Positions 1 to 12,000 of a DNA stretch of 64,000 nt are shown one piece after another. The stretch's first letter is position 1, and each line of letters begins with the position of its first letter. This DNA comes from a bacterium (GTDB lineage: Bacteria > Myxococcota_A > UBA9160 > UBA6930): assembly GCA_024228115.1 (NCBI GenBank), contig JAAETT010000177.1, forward strand, positions 689 to 64,688. The letters run 5' to 3'. The notes beneath the pieces are model-generated. The model had not been told where the DNA came from and made no database searches. It worked only from the letters and a program-made list of their open reading frames with translations. The translations under genes were made by a program, and so were the position numbers.

Positions 1-3000
1 GGTCGACCACCTGCGGGCGGTCGTCGTCAAAGGGCTTGCGCGGGTCCTGCGGCGCATTCGTCTCCTCGCGGCTCCAGAAGCGGCGCGGATCGGCCGCCAC
101 CGCCTCCAGGGTCGCGCCGGCCGGCAGGATCGCCCCGTCCGGAACGACCGTGCGCGGACCGATGCGGACCCCGTCACCCACCTGCGCGCCCGCGCCGATG
201 ACGGCACCGCGTCCCACGTGGACGTCGGCACCCAGCGAGGCACCCTCGCCGACCTTGGCGCCCGACTCGACGCGAACACGGTCGCCGAGCATCGCAGATG
301 CCGAGACGTCGGCCGTCCTTGCGATCTTGACGGCCTCTCCGCGAATCGGCGCCGCCGGGGTCGCGTCCGCGGGCTGCGGCTCCGGCAACGCGGGACTGGG
401 GATCAGCCGAGCGCCCGCGGCCAAGGCCGGGTCGAACCCGGTCAATCCGTCGTGCTCGAAGCCGATGATGTGGGCGAGCTCGTGGGTAACCACGGTCAGC
501 AGGTCGATGCCTGCCACTTCGAAACCATCCGCAGTCTCGACGTCGAATTCACCGTCGTCCGCGGGCGTTTCGTCGATCCACCAGCCGTGGCCAGCCGCAT
601 CGATGTCGATCTCGACGAGCTGCGAAGAAGCCTGGCCGAGCAGCAGCCCCGGTAGATCGACGATCTCGAACCGAACCTCGCTGAGCTCGGCGACGGCGTC
701 TTCGCCGAAGTTCTCGGCCAACCGCGCGATCGCTTCCTCGACCACCGGCGCCAACGCGGTGGGCTCCAGCGAGCCAACCGACGGGCTGTCCGACTGCGGC
801 GCAGAAGCCGCGAGCAGCGGGGAAGGCAACGGCACCGCGGGCGGCGCGACATCCCCCGCCCGAACCTCGGCGAGCAACAGGTTGAAGTCGTCGATGTCGA
901 CGTCCCCGTCTCCATCGAGATCGCTGCCGATGCCGCTGTCCTGACGGTTTCGCAAGTCTGTCGTGAAGAGCGCGAAGTCGGCCTCGCCGACGAGCGCGTC
1001 GTCGTTCAGGTCCGCGAACACGTCACCGATCGTCGACGCCAAGGTCGCCGTCTCGCCTTGGACGGCGGCCAGCGCATCCTCGACCCAGACGCGCGCGGGG
1101 CGATCGTCGGCCGCAGGCGGCGTCGCCTCCGTCGGGTCCAGGAAGGAGAACTCCTCGAGCGAGGTCTCGGACGCAAAGGCGTCGAAGAAGGCGCGCAGCC
1201 CGACGAGACCGATGCCCTGGTCTTGCTCACGCGCGACGTCGAGGGCGTTGCCGAGCAGCAAGTCGACGCCGCCACCGCCCTCGAGAATGTCCCTTCCGGT
1301 GCCACCAATCAAGGTGTCGATGTCGTCGCCACCCAGCAGGATGTCGGCTCCGCCCTCGCCGTTCAGCAAGTCGTCCCCGGCCTCGCCGGCCAGCAGGTCG
1401 TCTCCCTCGCCGCCATTGATCGTGTCCGCTCCCGCACCGCCGAGGATCAGATCGCGGTTCTCTCCGCCGAGCAGTTCATCGGCGCCAGCGCCGCCGTCGA
1501 GGAGGTTCGTGCCCGACCCTCCATCGAGGGCATCCGCGCCCTCCCCGCCCAGCAGCAGGTCGTCGCCCGCGCCGCCGTTGACGACATCGGCGCCGAGGCC
1601 GCCGATCAGGATGTCGGCACCGGTTCCGCCCACCAGGAGGTCTGCGCCGAGGTCGCCGAAGGCGAACACCGAGCGTGTCGCGTCGCTGGCGTCGACGACG
1701 TCGGCGCCCGCGCCGGCCCCGATCCGCAGGTCCTCGATCCGCGCGTCGTGGAAGATCGACTGCAGCACACCCTCGGCCTGGTTCACCGCGACGACTCCAT
1801 CGTTGATGGCGAACCGCTCCGCACGGTGCGTGCCGAGTACCGTCAGCGAGTCTGCGCTGCCGGCATCGTCGGACACCTCGATCGCTGCCTCCACGCTTCC
1901 GTCCCGCGAGAGCTGGACGAGGTACGCGTCGTCGCCGCCGAGACCTCGGAGGGTCACGGTGTCCACCGCGCCGGCCGCATCGGTCGTCGTCAGCGACGGG
2001 AGCTCCCGTACCTCGATCGTGTCCGCACCGGAGGTACCGACGAGTTCGACCTCGCCGGCGAGGGCGTCGGGGGCGAACGTGATCGACGTCGAGGTCAGCG
2101 TGCTGCGCGGCGCCGTGAGCGATCCCCCCAGGTCGATCTGCGAACCGGAGATCTCGACCGAGCCGAGGGTCAGCTCCCTTGCCCAGAGCGCGTCGGCACC
2201 GGCCCCGTCGATCAGCAGCGACGCCGTCCCCGTGGACGGATCGTATTCGATGACGCTCCCGGCCCCGAAGGACAGCCCGCCGAGCGTGTTGTCCGACGCG
2301 GTCGCGAGAAGCAGCCGGCCATCCGAATAGGCGTGAACGGCCGTCACGTCGTCCGCGGTTCCGAGCAAGTCCTGCGAGAAGAACAGCGACGTCGCTCCCG
2401 TGCTGGAGTCGAGTTCGAAGACGTCGCCCGCCCGGTAGGTCTCGCCGTCGATCGTCGCGGTCTGATCCAGCGACAACAGCGGATTGCCGTTCGCCAGGAT
2501 CGTGACCGCGTCGAGATTGGCGGTCGTCCCGAGCACGAACTGCGTCGAGAAGAACGGCGACGCAACCAACGTCTCGGGGTCGAACCTGAAGATGTCGCCC
2601 GGCTGTACCGTGAGCCCCTGGAGTGTCGCCTCCGTCTCGGTCGACATCAGGAAGGTGCCGTTCTCGAGGCGGTGGAAGGCATCGATGTCTTCGTCGTTGC
2701 CCGGCCCGAACAGCGATTCCTCAAAGAGCAGTCCGCCCTGCCCCGTGCCCGGGTCGATCAGCGCGACGTCCCCGTCTGCCGCGAACACGAGCCCGACGGG
2801 CCCGACCTCGCTGCGGGAAACGGCGACACCCGGGAAGCGGTCCAGTGCGGCCTCCTCGGAGGCCGTGATGTCGCCGTCGAGCTGCAGCGTCGTGTCCGCC
2901 GTGATCGTCAGCGAGTCCCCGGCTTCGAGAGAGGTGCCTTCCGCGAAGGTCGCCGAACCGACGTCGATCGACAGCGACTCGTCTGCGCGGAGGCTCACTC

Positions 3001-6000
3001 CATCCGTGACCGACGCATTCCCTGTGACGCTCCACTCGAGGTTCGAGGCTGCTGTCGCGCTCGAGTCTCCGGACGCGATCGCCGAACTCGCCCCGGTGAC
3101 CGACACGTCTTCACCGGCGAGCTCGAAGCCATCGACGAGGAAGAACAGTCCACCATCCACGTCGACGTTGACGTCCCCTCCGACGGAGACCAGGCTGCCG
3201 AGCCCTTCGTCACCGCCGTCCAGCACGACCCCTTGCGCGTCGATCCGGATGCTCGCACGGGCCGGCGCAGAGACGGCATCGAAGAACGAGCCCTCGACCA
3301 ACTCCGTGAGCTCCGACGTCGCCGGATTCCACTCGAGAATGGCACCGCTGTCGATGATCGCGACGCCCGGATCCAGATAGCGTGCGGAACTAACAAAGAG
3401 AAGCCGACCGTCCTCGTAGGCGTGTACAGCGTCGATGGAGCCTTCGCCGATCAGCTCGTACCTTGACGCGTTCGCGATCGCGTCCTCCGCGAAGAACAGC
3501 GAGGCCGTACCGGTCACGATGTCGTACTCGAACACGTCACCCGCCTGGAAGACCTGGCCATCGATCGTGCCGTCGAGCTGTGACGAGATCAGCAGATTCC
3601 CGCTCGGGGCGACGCTGACCGCGTTGACGCCGAAGGTGTCACCGATCTCACCGAGCAAGAGCGCCGTGTCGTCGTTCGGGTCGTAGAGCACGACGGCCCG
3701 GCGATTCACCGTCAGCCCACCGATCGTCACGAGGTTGTTGGCGCTCGAACCGCTGAACGAGAGGACGTATCGGCCGTCGGGCAGCAGGTGGAAGGCGTCG
3801 AGCCCACGGTTGAAGCCCAGCGTCCCGGGGTCGAAGAGCAGCGACGCGGAGTCCGCGACCGGGTCGTAGAAGACGGCCTGGTCGTCGTTGAACAAGAGCC
3901 CGCCGAGCGTCGCCGTACCCGCACCGGCAATCGACAACGCGAGGCCCGGGTCCATCTCGACCGCTTCGGCGAGAAGGGTCGCCCCTCCATCCACCACCAC
4001 GCCGACCGAGGCCGAGATCTCGATGTTGGGCGCGGTGATCGCGGCCCCCTCGTCGAACCCTACGTTGGCCCCGTCGATCGAGACCGATGCGCTCTCGAGG
4101 GAACCACCGACCACTCGCAGATCGTCGCCCGCCGCGTAGTCGGTTCGCCAAGCGACATCGAGCGTCGAACCCTCGATCGTGAGGTCGATGTCCGCATCGA
4201 GCCGGATCGCGACGGCGTCGACCGCGGTGTTCGTGACCGAGAGGTCGTCGTCCTGCGCTTGGATCTCGATCAGCCGGGCTTGAAGCGCGCTGTCGGCCAC
4301 GTCGACCGGACCGGCCGGTGCGGTGACCGTGAGCCTGTCCCCGACGGTCACGCTCGCGCCGTCCATCGAAACGCCCACGCCCGACGGGCCGACCAGGCTC
4401 GTGATCGCGAGAGAATCGGACGCCTCGATCGCCGAGCCCGTTCCGAATTCGACGAAGGCTCCCTGAACCGTCAGCGATCCCTCGGTCGTGACTGCTGCGC
4501 CATCCGTGACCGACACGTCACCGGACACCGACAGGGTCAGGTCCCCTACGATGTCGAGTCGCGTCTGCTCGCCACCGATCGTGATGTTGTCCACGGTCAG
4601 CGACGCGTCGTCGGCCGAGACCTGGAAGCCATCGAGGATCGAAAGGTCGCCGCCTCCCGACGCCACGAGGCTGACGTCCGCGCCGAGTACCCGGAGATCG
4701 CCCTCCCCCGACAGCGTGATGTCGCCCGCCGTGGCCTCGAAGTCCGCATCGATCGCGCGCAGGGAACCGCCGAACGAGACGTTCTGTCCCGTCAGCGCGA
4801 CGCGGCTCGCGTTCGGGCTCAGCGACAGCGCCCCCCACGACCCGGTGATCAGACCCGCATCCAGCACCAGGTTGCCGACCCCGGTGGAGGGATCCCAGCG
4901 CACGACCGCGCCGGTGCTCCAGCTGACGCCCGGAAGCGCGCCGTTGCCGATGGTCGTCATCAGCAGGCTGCCGTCGTCGAGCGCGTGGAGCCCGAAGATG
5001 TTCGAGAACTGATCGCGCGTGAAGGTCTCGCGCGCGAAGTACTTGCTGACCTCGCCCGTCGTCGGGTTCCACTCGAAGGCGTCGCCCCCGAGGAAGCGAA
5101 TGCCGTCGATGTTCGACGTCAGCCTCGACGACATGACCAGGTTGCCGTTCGGCAGCATCGTGACCGCGTCCACGTCCTGGTTCTCGAAGTCGCTGAACAG
5201 GTCCTGGTCGAAGACCAGCGTCGCCGTATCGGTGCGCGGATCGTACGACACGACGTCGCCGTTGCGGAAGTCGAGGCCCCCGAGGGTCGCGTCCTCAGTC
5301 GTCGAGAGCAGGTAGGTCCCGTCACCGACTTCGTGGAACGCATCGATGTTCTCGCCGAGGTCGGCGAATGCCTGTTCGCGGAACAGGATCGAGCTCTCGC
5401 CCGTCACGTCGTCGTGCAGGATCACGTCACCCGCCCCGTAGGGGAGCGTGCCGATCGTGCCGGCGGTGGAGGCGGACAGCGCAAAGCCGTCGCCGTCCCC
5501 GCGCCAGGTCGAGCCTTCCTCGACGCTGACATCGCCACTCGACGTGATCTCCACGTCGCCCACCGCGACGTCGGCGGTGGCCAGCACCTGGACACCCGCC
5601 GCCGTGAGATCGAGCGTGCCTCCGGCGAAGCCCTCGGTCGCCACCACCTCGCCGGTGACGTCGAGAATGATGGTTTGCGCCTCGATGCCGTCCGAGCTGT
5701 CACCTGCGAGTGCCGTCGTCACTCCGCCGACCCCGAGGTCCCCGGCGCGGTACACGTGGAAGACGCCCTCCGAGCCACCTTCCAGGTGGTCCACGTCGAT
5801 CAGGAACGCCTCGCCGGCGGTGCCGATGCCGTCCCGCGCGTACAAGGCGGCGGCCTCGCCCCGAATCTGGGCGCTCCCCCCTCGGTTCAGGATCCGACCC
5901 GACGAAGCGTTCAGCACGATCGCGTGGAGGACCGCGTCCGTATCGACGCCATCCGCAACCGCCTCCGCGACGCTGAGGTCCTGAGTACTCGCGCCGCCGT

Positions 6001-9000
6001 CGGCCGCGACTTCGTTGACATAGCCACTTGCGAGTGCAGTTCGGAGCGTCACCGCCCCCTCGCCGGAGTAGCCACTGTCGAGATCGAGCGGGTTCACCAC
6101 CCCGCCGATGCCGCCGGCCCCGGCCGTCCCTGCGATCAACGTGATGTCGTTGCCGACGACGTCGGCGGCGGGAAGGCTCGGATCGGTTCCGGCCGTCTGG
6201 CCGCTGGCGACCGGATCTTCGGGATCCACCGCATCCGCGCCGTCGAGGATGAACAGCGCCGACTCGAGCCACACGTCCCCGGTTCGAGACAGGATCGTGT
6301 CGACGAGCAGGTTCGCCGAAGTGCCGACGAGCACGACGTCGCCGTTCGCGACCGCCGTGACCCCGCCGAACTCGATGAGCTCCAACGGGTTGTCGACGCT
6401 GCCAATCGAACCGCTCTCAGCGACCAGCACGGCGCCGGAGCTCTGCAGATTGGTGAAGTCGTGATCGAGCCCGTCGACGATGGACCCACCCGTGGGCGCG
6501 GTCAGATGGACGACGCCACCGGAGTAGATCGTCCCGATCTCGAGATCACCAGTCGGTGTGGTCAGATGGATGTCGCCGCGGGCGCGCGCGTTCACCAGGC
6601 CCGACTGCGGGTCGACGATGAAGGGAGCGAGCGCCGTGCCGATCGAGCCGTTGGCGGCTTCGAGCACGAGCTCCCCGGTCGTCAGCGTTCCGGTCAACGC
6701 GAGGTCCCCATCGACCTTCACCCGGACGCTGTCCGTCCCGGCGTCGATGCCGGCCAAGGTCACGTCGTCCTCGGAGCCGAGGTCGACGCGTCCGTCGGCG
6801 GTGATCGTGACCTCGCCACTCGCTCGGATGTCGAAGTCCTCGGCGAGCTGGATCCGCACCGTTTCGATCTGGCCGATCTGGGAACTCGGATCGACGATTG
6901 CGGGGCTCAGCGAGACGCCCGTCGCGCTCTCCGGCACCAGGTCCGTCGCCACCGTGATGGACGTCCCGTCGATGGCGACGATCTCCAGCGCTTCGCCCGC
7001 CGTGTCGTTGAACGACGTGCCTTGGATCTCGAGGAAGCCGCCGACGGCGAACCCGCTGCCGAGCGTCGCACCCGACACCTCGAGGGTGCGCAGATCGGTC
7101 ACGAGCACCTGGATCGCCGCGCCGGTCACGCCGTCGAACGCGATGTAGGTCACGTCTTCGCGCTCCGCCTGTGCCAGCACACCCCTCTGCTCTTCGGTCA
7201 GGGTGATCGGGTCCACCGGACTCGTGTCGATGTCGAACGCGGCTTGCTGTGAGCCGATGCCGGCGCCGTCCACGTCGATCGTCACGTCGACGCCGACGAC
7301 GTTCGGATCCTCGATGTCGACCGTCGTGTCACTGGTCGCGAGCAACAGGCCCGCGCTGTACGTGGTCAACAGCTCGTCCGCGGTCCACTCCCGCGTTCCG
7401 CTCTCGAGGGCGGCAGATTCCTCGGCGGTGAGCGTGTAGGTGAAGTCCGGATCGAAGCTGTCCCCGAAGCTCCCGTAGAAGGCATGCAGCGCGTGGTAGG
7501 CCAGCGTCTCGGCCGCCTCGAGGTCCTCGACCTCGGTCTGCGAGAAGCCGAGGGCGAGCAGGTCGGTCACGGTCGCGTCCGGGAAGGAGAGGACGTGATC
7601 CGGGTCGTAGACGTTGACGCGATAGACGAGCTCGTCGCCGACGGAGAGTCCGGCTGCCGGCAGCGCGTCGCCGACGAGGCCATCGACGGCATCGAAGGTC
7701 AGCAGCTCGCCCGTCGACACGACCGTGAGGCCGTGGTCGCCAGCGATCTCGCTCGCACGGAGCTCGAAGGCTTCGCCCCCGATGCGGTCCGACACCTCGA
7801 TCGTCGACCCGTCGCTCGAGACCACGAACAGCGTCGCGCCGTCTTCGAGGTCCGCGGGTTCGACGCGACTGATGGGGGTGGCGCCGGTCTCGGCCACGAA
7901 GGCCACGAGATCGCCCGTCTCGAGCCCCGCACCCTCGAGCACGATCGTGTCCGCAGCCGGGTCCAGGTCCGCTCCCGGGTCGAACAGCGTCACGGGCAGG
8001 AGCGTCTCGGTCCCGACCAGGTTCAGCAGCGCGAGGCGATCGGAGCCGACCGTGTCCACCGCCAGCGAGAACTGGTCCGTTCCGACGTCGCGGGCGTAGT
8101 AGATCACGCCGCTGTCGAGGCCGACGCCACCTCCCGAATCGCCGCCCCCGTACGCGAGGGCCTCGCCTTCGCTGAAGCCGTGGTCTTCGAGCGTCACGAC
8201 GCCGAACGAATCGAGTAGCGCGACCGCGTCCAGGTCCTCGTCCGCCCCGTCGAAGGATGACCCGTCGAACACGAGGATTGCCGTCGCGGTCCCGTCGGCG
8301 TCATAGGCGACCACGTCGCTGCTGCCGAACGAGAGACCGCCCAACGTGGTGTCGTCGAGGCCTTCGACGGTCAGCAGCAGCAGTTCCGTGTCCCCCACGG
8401 TCAGCACCGACACGCCGTTCACGTTGCGGTCCTGATCGGTGTTGACCGCGGGATCGCTCCCGAAGAGGTCCTCGTCGAACAAGATCGTTGCGGATGCCGG
8501 GGAGCGGTCCCACCGCGCCACGTCGCCATCGCGGATCGTCGCCGACGAGAACTCCAACTCGCCGAGCTCATTGAACCCGATTCGGACGGCGCTCCCGGCG
8601 AGCTCGCCGAGCGTGTCGTCCAGAGTCCCGCGCACCTGGTCGTAGAACTCGTTCAGCGTGTACGTCGTCTGAGGGATGTCCAGACTGCGGCCCGCTCCGG
8701 CGGCGAAGACCGAGAAGCCAGCATTCGGCGTCACCTGGATCTTGTGATTCTCCTTCACGAAGGCGTCGAAGATCGCTCCCCACCCGTCGATGATCGCGTC
8801 AGCGCCGGCCGGACCGCCCTCGAGCCGGGCCTCGATGCCGGTTTGCGTGAAGTCGAGCTGAATCCGAAGCCCGAGGTCGCCCGCCAGGAGAGCCTGGTTG
8901 ATCTGCCCCTCGATCAGTTCGGCCATCTGCTGGCCATCGTTGACGGTGTCGCGGAAGATCGCGTTGCCGATCGTGAACCCGGACACGCCGAGGCGGCTCG

Positions 9001-12000
9001 CGGCGAGTTCGATCTCATCGCGCAGGTTGATCACGCCCGTCCCGCCCGTTAGGCCGGTGAACTCGAGGTCTTCGTCGGGCACCAGGTCGAGCAACTCGAA
9101 GCCCGCGAAGGTGTGCAGGGAGACCACCCAGATTCCTGTGTTGATCTGCCCGACGCTGGCGGTGATCGTGTCGTCGGCAGAGAACAGAACCGAGCCGTCC
9201 GCACTCGTGTGGAACGCATCGATGTTCCAGAGGCCGCTCCCCGCGAAGCGGATTTCGGCTGTTCCGGCCGACGGGTCGTAGGCCACGATGTCGTCGGGTC
9301 CGAACGAGAGCCCCGCCAGGGTCGCGTCGCCGTCGGTCGAGAGCAGGATCGTGCCGTCGTCTTCGACGAACACCGCGTCGACCTGAGCGCTGCCCGACAG
9401 CAGCGACGTGTCGAAGAGCCGCTCATTGGACTCGGCGCTCTGATTGACCTCTCGCAGACCGCCGGTCGCGACCGAGGTGTCCCCGAAGAGGGTCGCGGCG
9501 TCGGTGGTCGACAGCGCCAGGACGTTGGACAGCTCGATGTCGCCGCTGGCGAAGGACGACCCATCCGCGATCACCGCGAAGCCCTGCCCACCGCTCGCGT
9601 CACGGCCGTCGACCTCGAGGAACTCGTCCGCCTCGAAGCGCACCTGGTCCTCGGCGAACTGGACCGCGCCGCCGTCACCCACCGAGACGACGAAGGTCGT
9701 CGCCGGATCGATCGGGTCACGGGCGTTCAGCACGTCGATCCCGTCGTAGGGCTGGGTGTCGCGCAGGTTCCAGTAGCGCCGATACTCCGCCTCACGCACG
9801 GACGCGAACTGCTCCTTCAGCGCGGCGACCTTGTCGTCCACGTCGTCGCCCGTGAGCTGCAGATCGGCCCAGAGCCCACCCTCCAGGTCGGCCAGCGTTC
9901 GGTCGTCCACACGCTCAACCGCGTTGACGTCGATCAGGCTGCCGCCGCCGGCCACGCTGATGCCGACGTTCCCGCCGGCGACGATCTCGCTCACCGGGAA
10001 GTCGAACCCGCCGGAAGAGGAGTCGTAGTCGAGGAAGACGTCGCCCGCCGCGAAGACCTCGAGCGGTGCCATCTGCTCGAATCCGGCGACGCCGTCGCCC
10101 GCATCGCCGTCGATCGTCACGGGAAGCTCTGCGCTTCCGACACCGCCCCCCTCGGCCACGATCAGCAACCGATCGAGAGCGCGCACCGAATCCGCCTCAC
10201 CGCTCCCGACGAAGCCTCCCGCAGTCGAGACTTCCACGGCGCCGAGCACGGACGAGGCCTGGTCGAGCTCGATCGTGCCGTCGCTCACGTTGGTGAGGAA
10301 GACGTCGCCACCCTGGGCGCCAGCCTCGAGGCGCCCGCCGTCGCTGACGAGCGTTTGGAGGGGCTGCTCCTCCGTGCCGATTCCGCCGACGGTTTCGTCG
10401 ACGCCGAAGAGGCGGACGTGATCGCCACCGACGCTGACATCGGGAGACGCGGTGATCGTCTCGCCCACCACGTGGGTCACGCCGTCGGGATTCCGAATGC
10501 CGCCCAGCAGGTTGACGGAGCCCTGGCCGGACTGAATCGACACGTACTCTTCGGCCTCCGGATCGACGGCACCGAAGAACGTGATCCCGATCGGGCGGTC
10601 GGCCTCGATGCTGTGCGTGTGGAGGTTCTGCGTCGTCTGGCGAGTTTCGTAGGTCGACGTGTAGGTCGTCGAGATTCCGAAGGGGTCGTTGTCCGTCTGC
10701 GACGACGAGACCAGCACGGCTTCGCCGGTCGTCTCGACCGACCGCGTGTTGAACGCGTAGCCGCCCGTCACGTCCGGGTCGAGCACGAAGTAAGGCGCAG
10801 TATCGGTCGGCGTGCCGACGGTCAGCACCGTCTCGTCGCCCTGGGTCGTGATCTCCGAGGGGTCCGGCTCGGCGATGTCGAGCCAGTTCTCCGTCGTCTC
10901 CTGGGTCAGCGTGAAGACCGAGCCGGTCTCGACGGCGACGGACCAGTTGTAGCGCCAGCCCTCGGCCGGCTGATAGTCGAGCGTCCCGGAGCTCGACTCG
11001 GCCAGCGTGACCGGGTAGATCCGATTGTGCTCCGTCCCTTCAGGCACCTGGAAGAACAACTGGTTGCCCGCCAGCGCGTCGGCTTCCGTCGCAGCCAGTT
11101 GGAAATCCTGGTAGAGAAGGGAGCCGGGGAGCGGGGGAAGAATGATCGCCCAGAGGATCGTTCCGTCCTCGATCGGCGTGCCATCTGCGTAGCGGAACGG
11201 TTCGTTGCCGTCCGAGTCGAACACCACCGCCGAGGAAACAGACACGTCATTACCCAGTCCATGGCCAGAGTGGCTTTCGAAGGTCCCGGTCAGGGGATCG
11301 TAGAGATGCTCTGTGGTGCCGTCTCCGTTGCCGATGATCGACCTGGGACTTGCGTCGGCGGCGAACAACGACTCCCGCACGCTGCCGTCCGGGAGCCGGG
11401 AGAAGGTCGTGACCGACACGTTCTGGACGTCGATATCGAGCTCGCCGTCCGAGCCGAAGTACACGTCGACCCGAGCGCCGTTCGCGGCGCCCACTGCAGC
11501 TGCGATGGAATCCCGGACGTGGGCCCGATATCCCTCCCAGCTAAAGGTCCCCGCCTTGACGGTGAGGGGTGTGATCACGCCCTGTTGCACGATCGTGAGG
11601 TCGACATCCTCCGTGAGCGTCACGTTGATTCGCTCGGTGAGGACCTCCGACACCCAGTCTTCCAGGAGGACGCGCCGCGCGAAGCTGAGCGAGGGGCCAT
11701 TCAAGGAGATCTTGAGGTCGATGCCCTCTCGATCGAAGTCCAAGTCCGCCCCTCCATCGATCGTGTACAGGGGGTCCTCCGGGAAGCCCGGATCGACGTA
11801 GGAGTTGAAGCTGTTTCTGAGTTGGGCGAGAAGGCCTGTTCCCTCGCTGGCAGTTCCCGCGTTGACCGACCACTTCAACGGGACCGGGGGCTCGAGCGGC
11901 ATTCCGCTCTGGTCGAACTCCTGGACGATTCGCGCGTCGGCAAGACGCGCACCGATATCGAAGTTGTTCCCGAAATTCACGCGGCGCACGACGCCGTCCG

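Noticed and set aside
106-292. Possibility that the hexapeptide-like stretch starting at ATG 292 is a separate small gene rather than the tail of the giant ORF.
   Set aside because: It is in the same frame as the giant ORF, with no stop codon or obvious RBS between it and the metzincin motif. I kept it as part of the giant CDS but flagged it with low confidence. It can only be resolved with the sequence left of the window.
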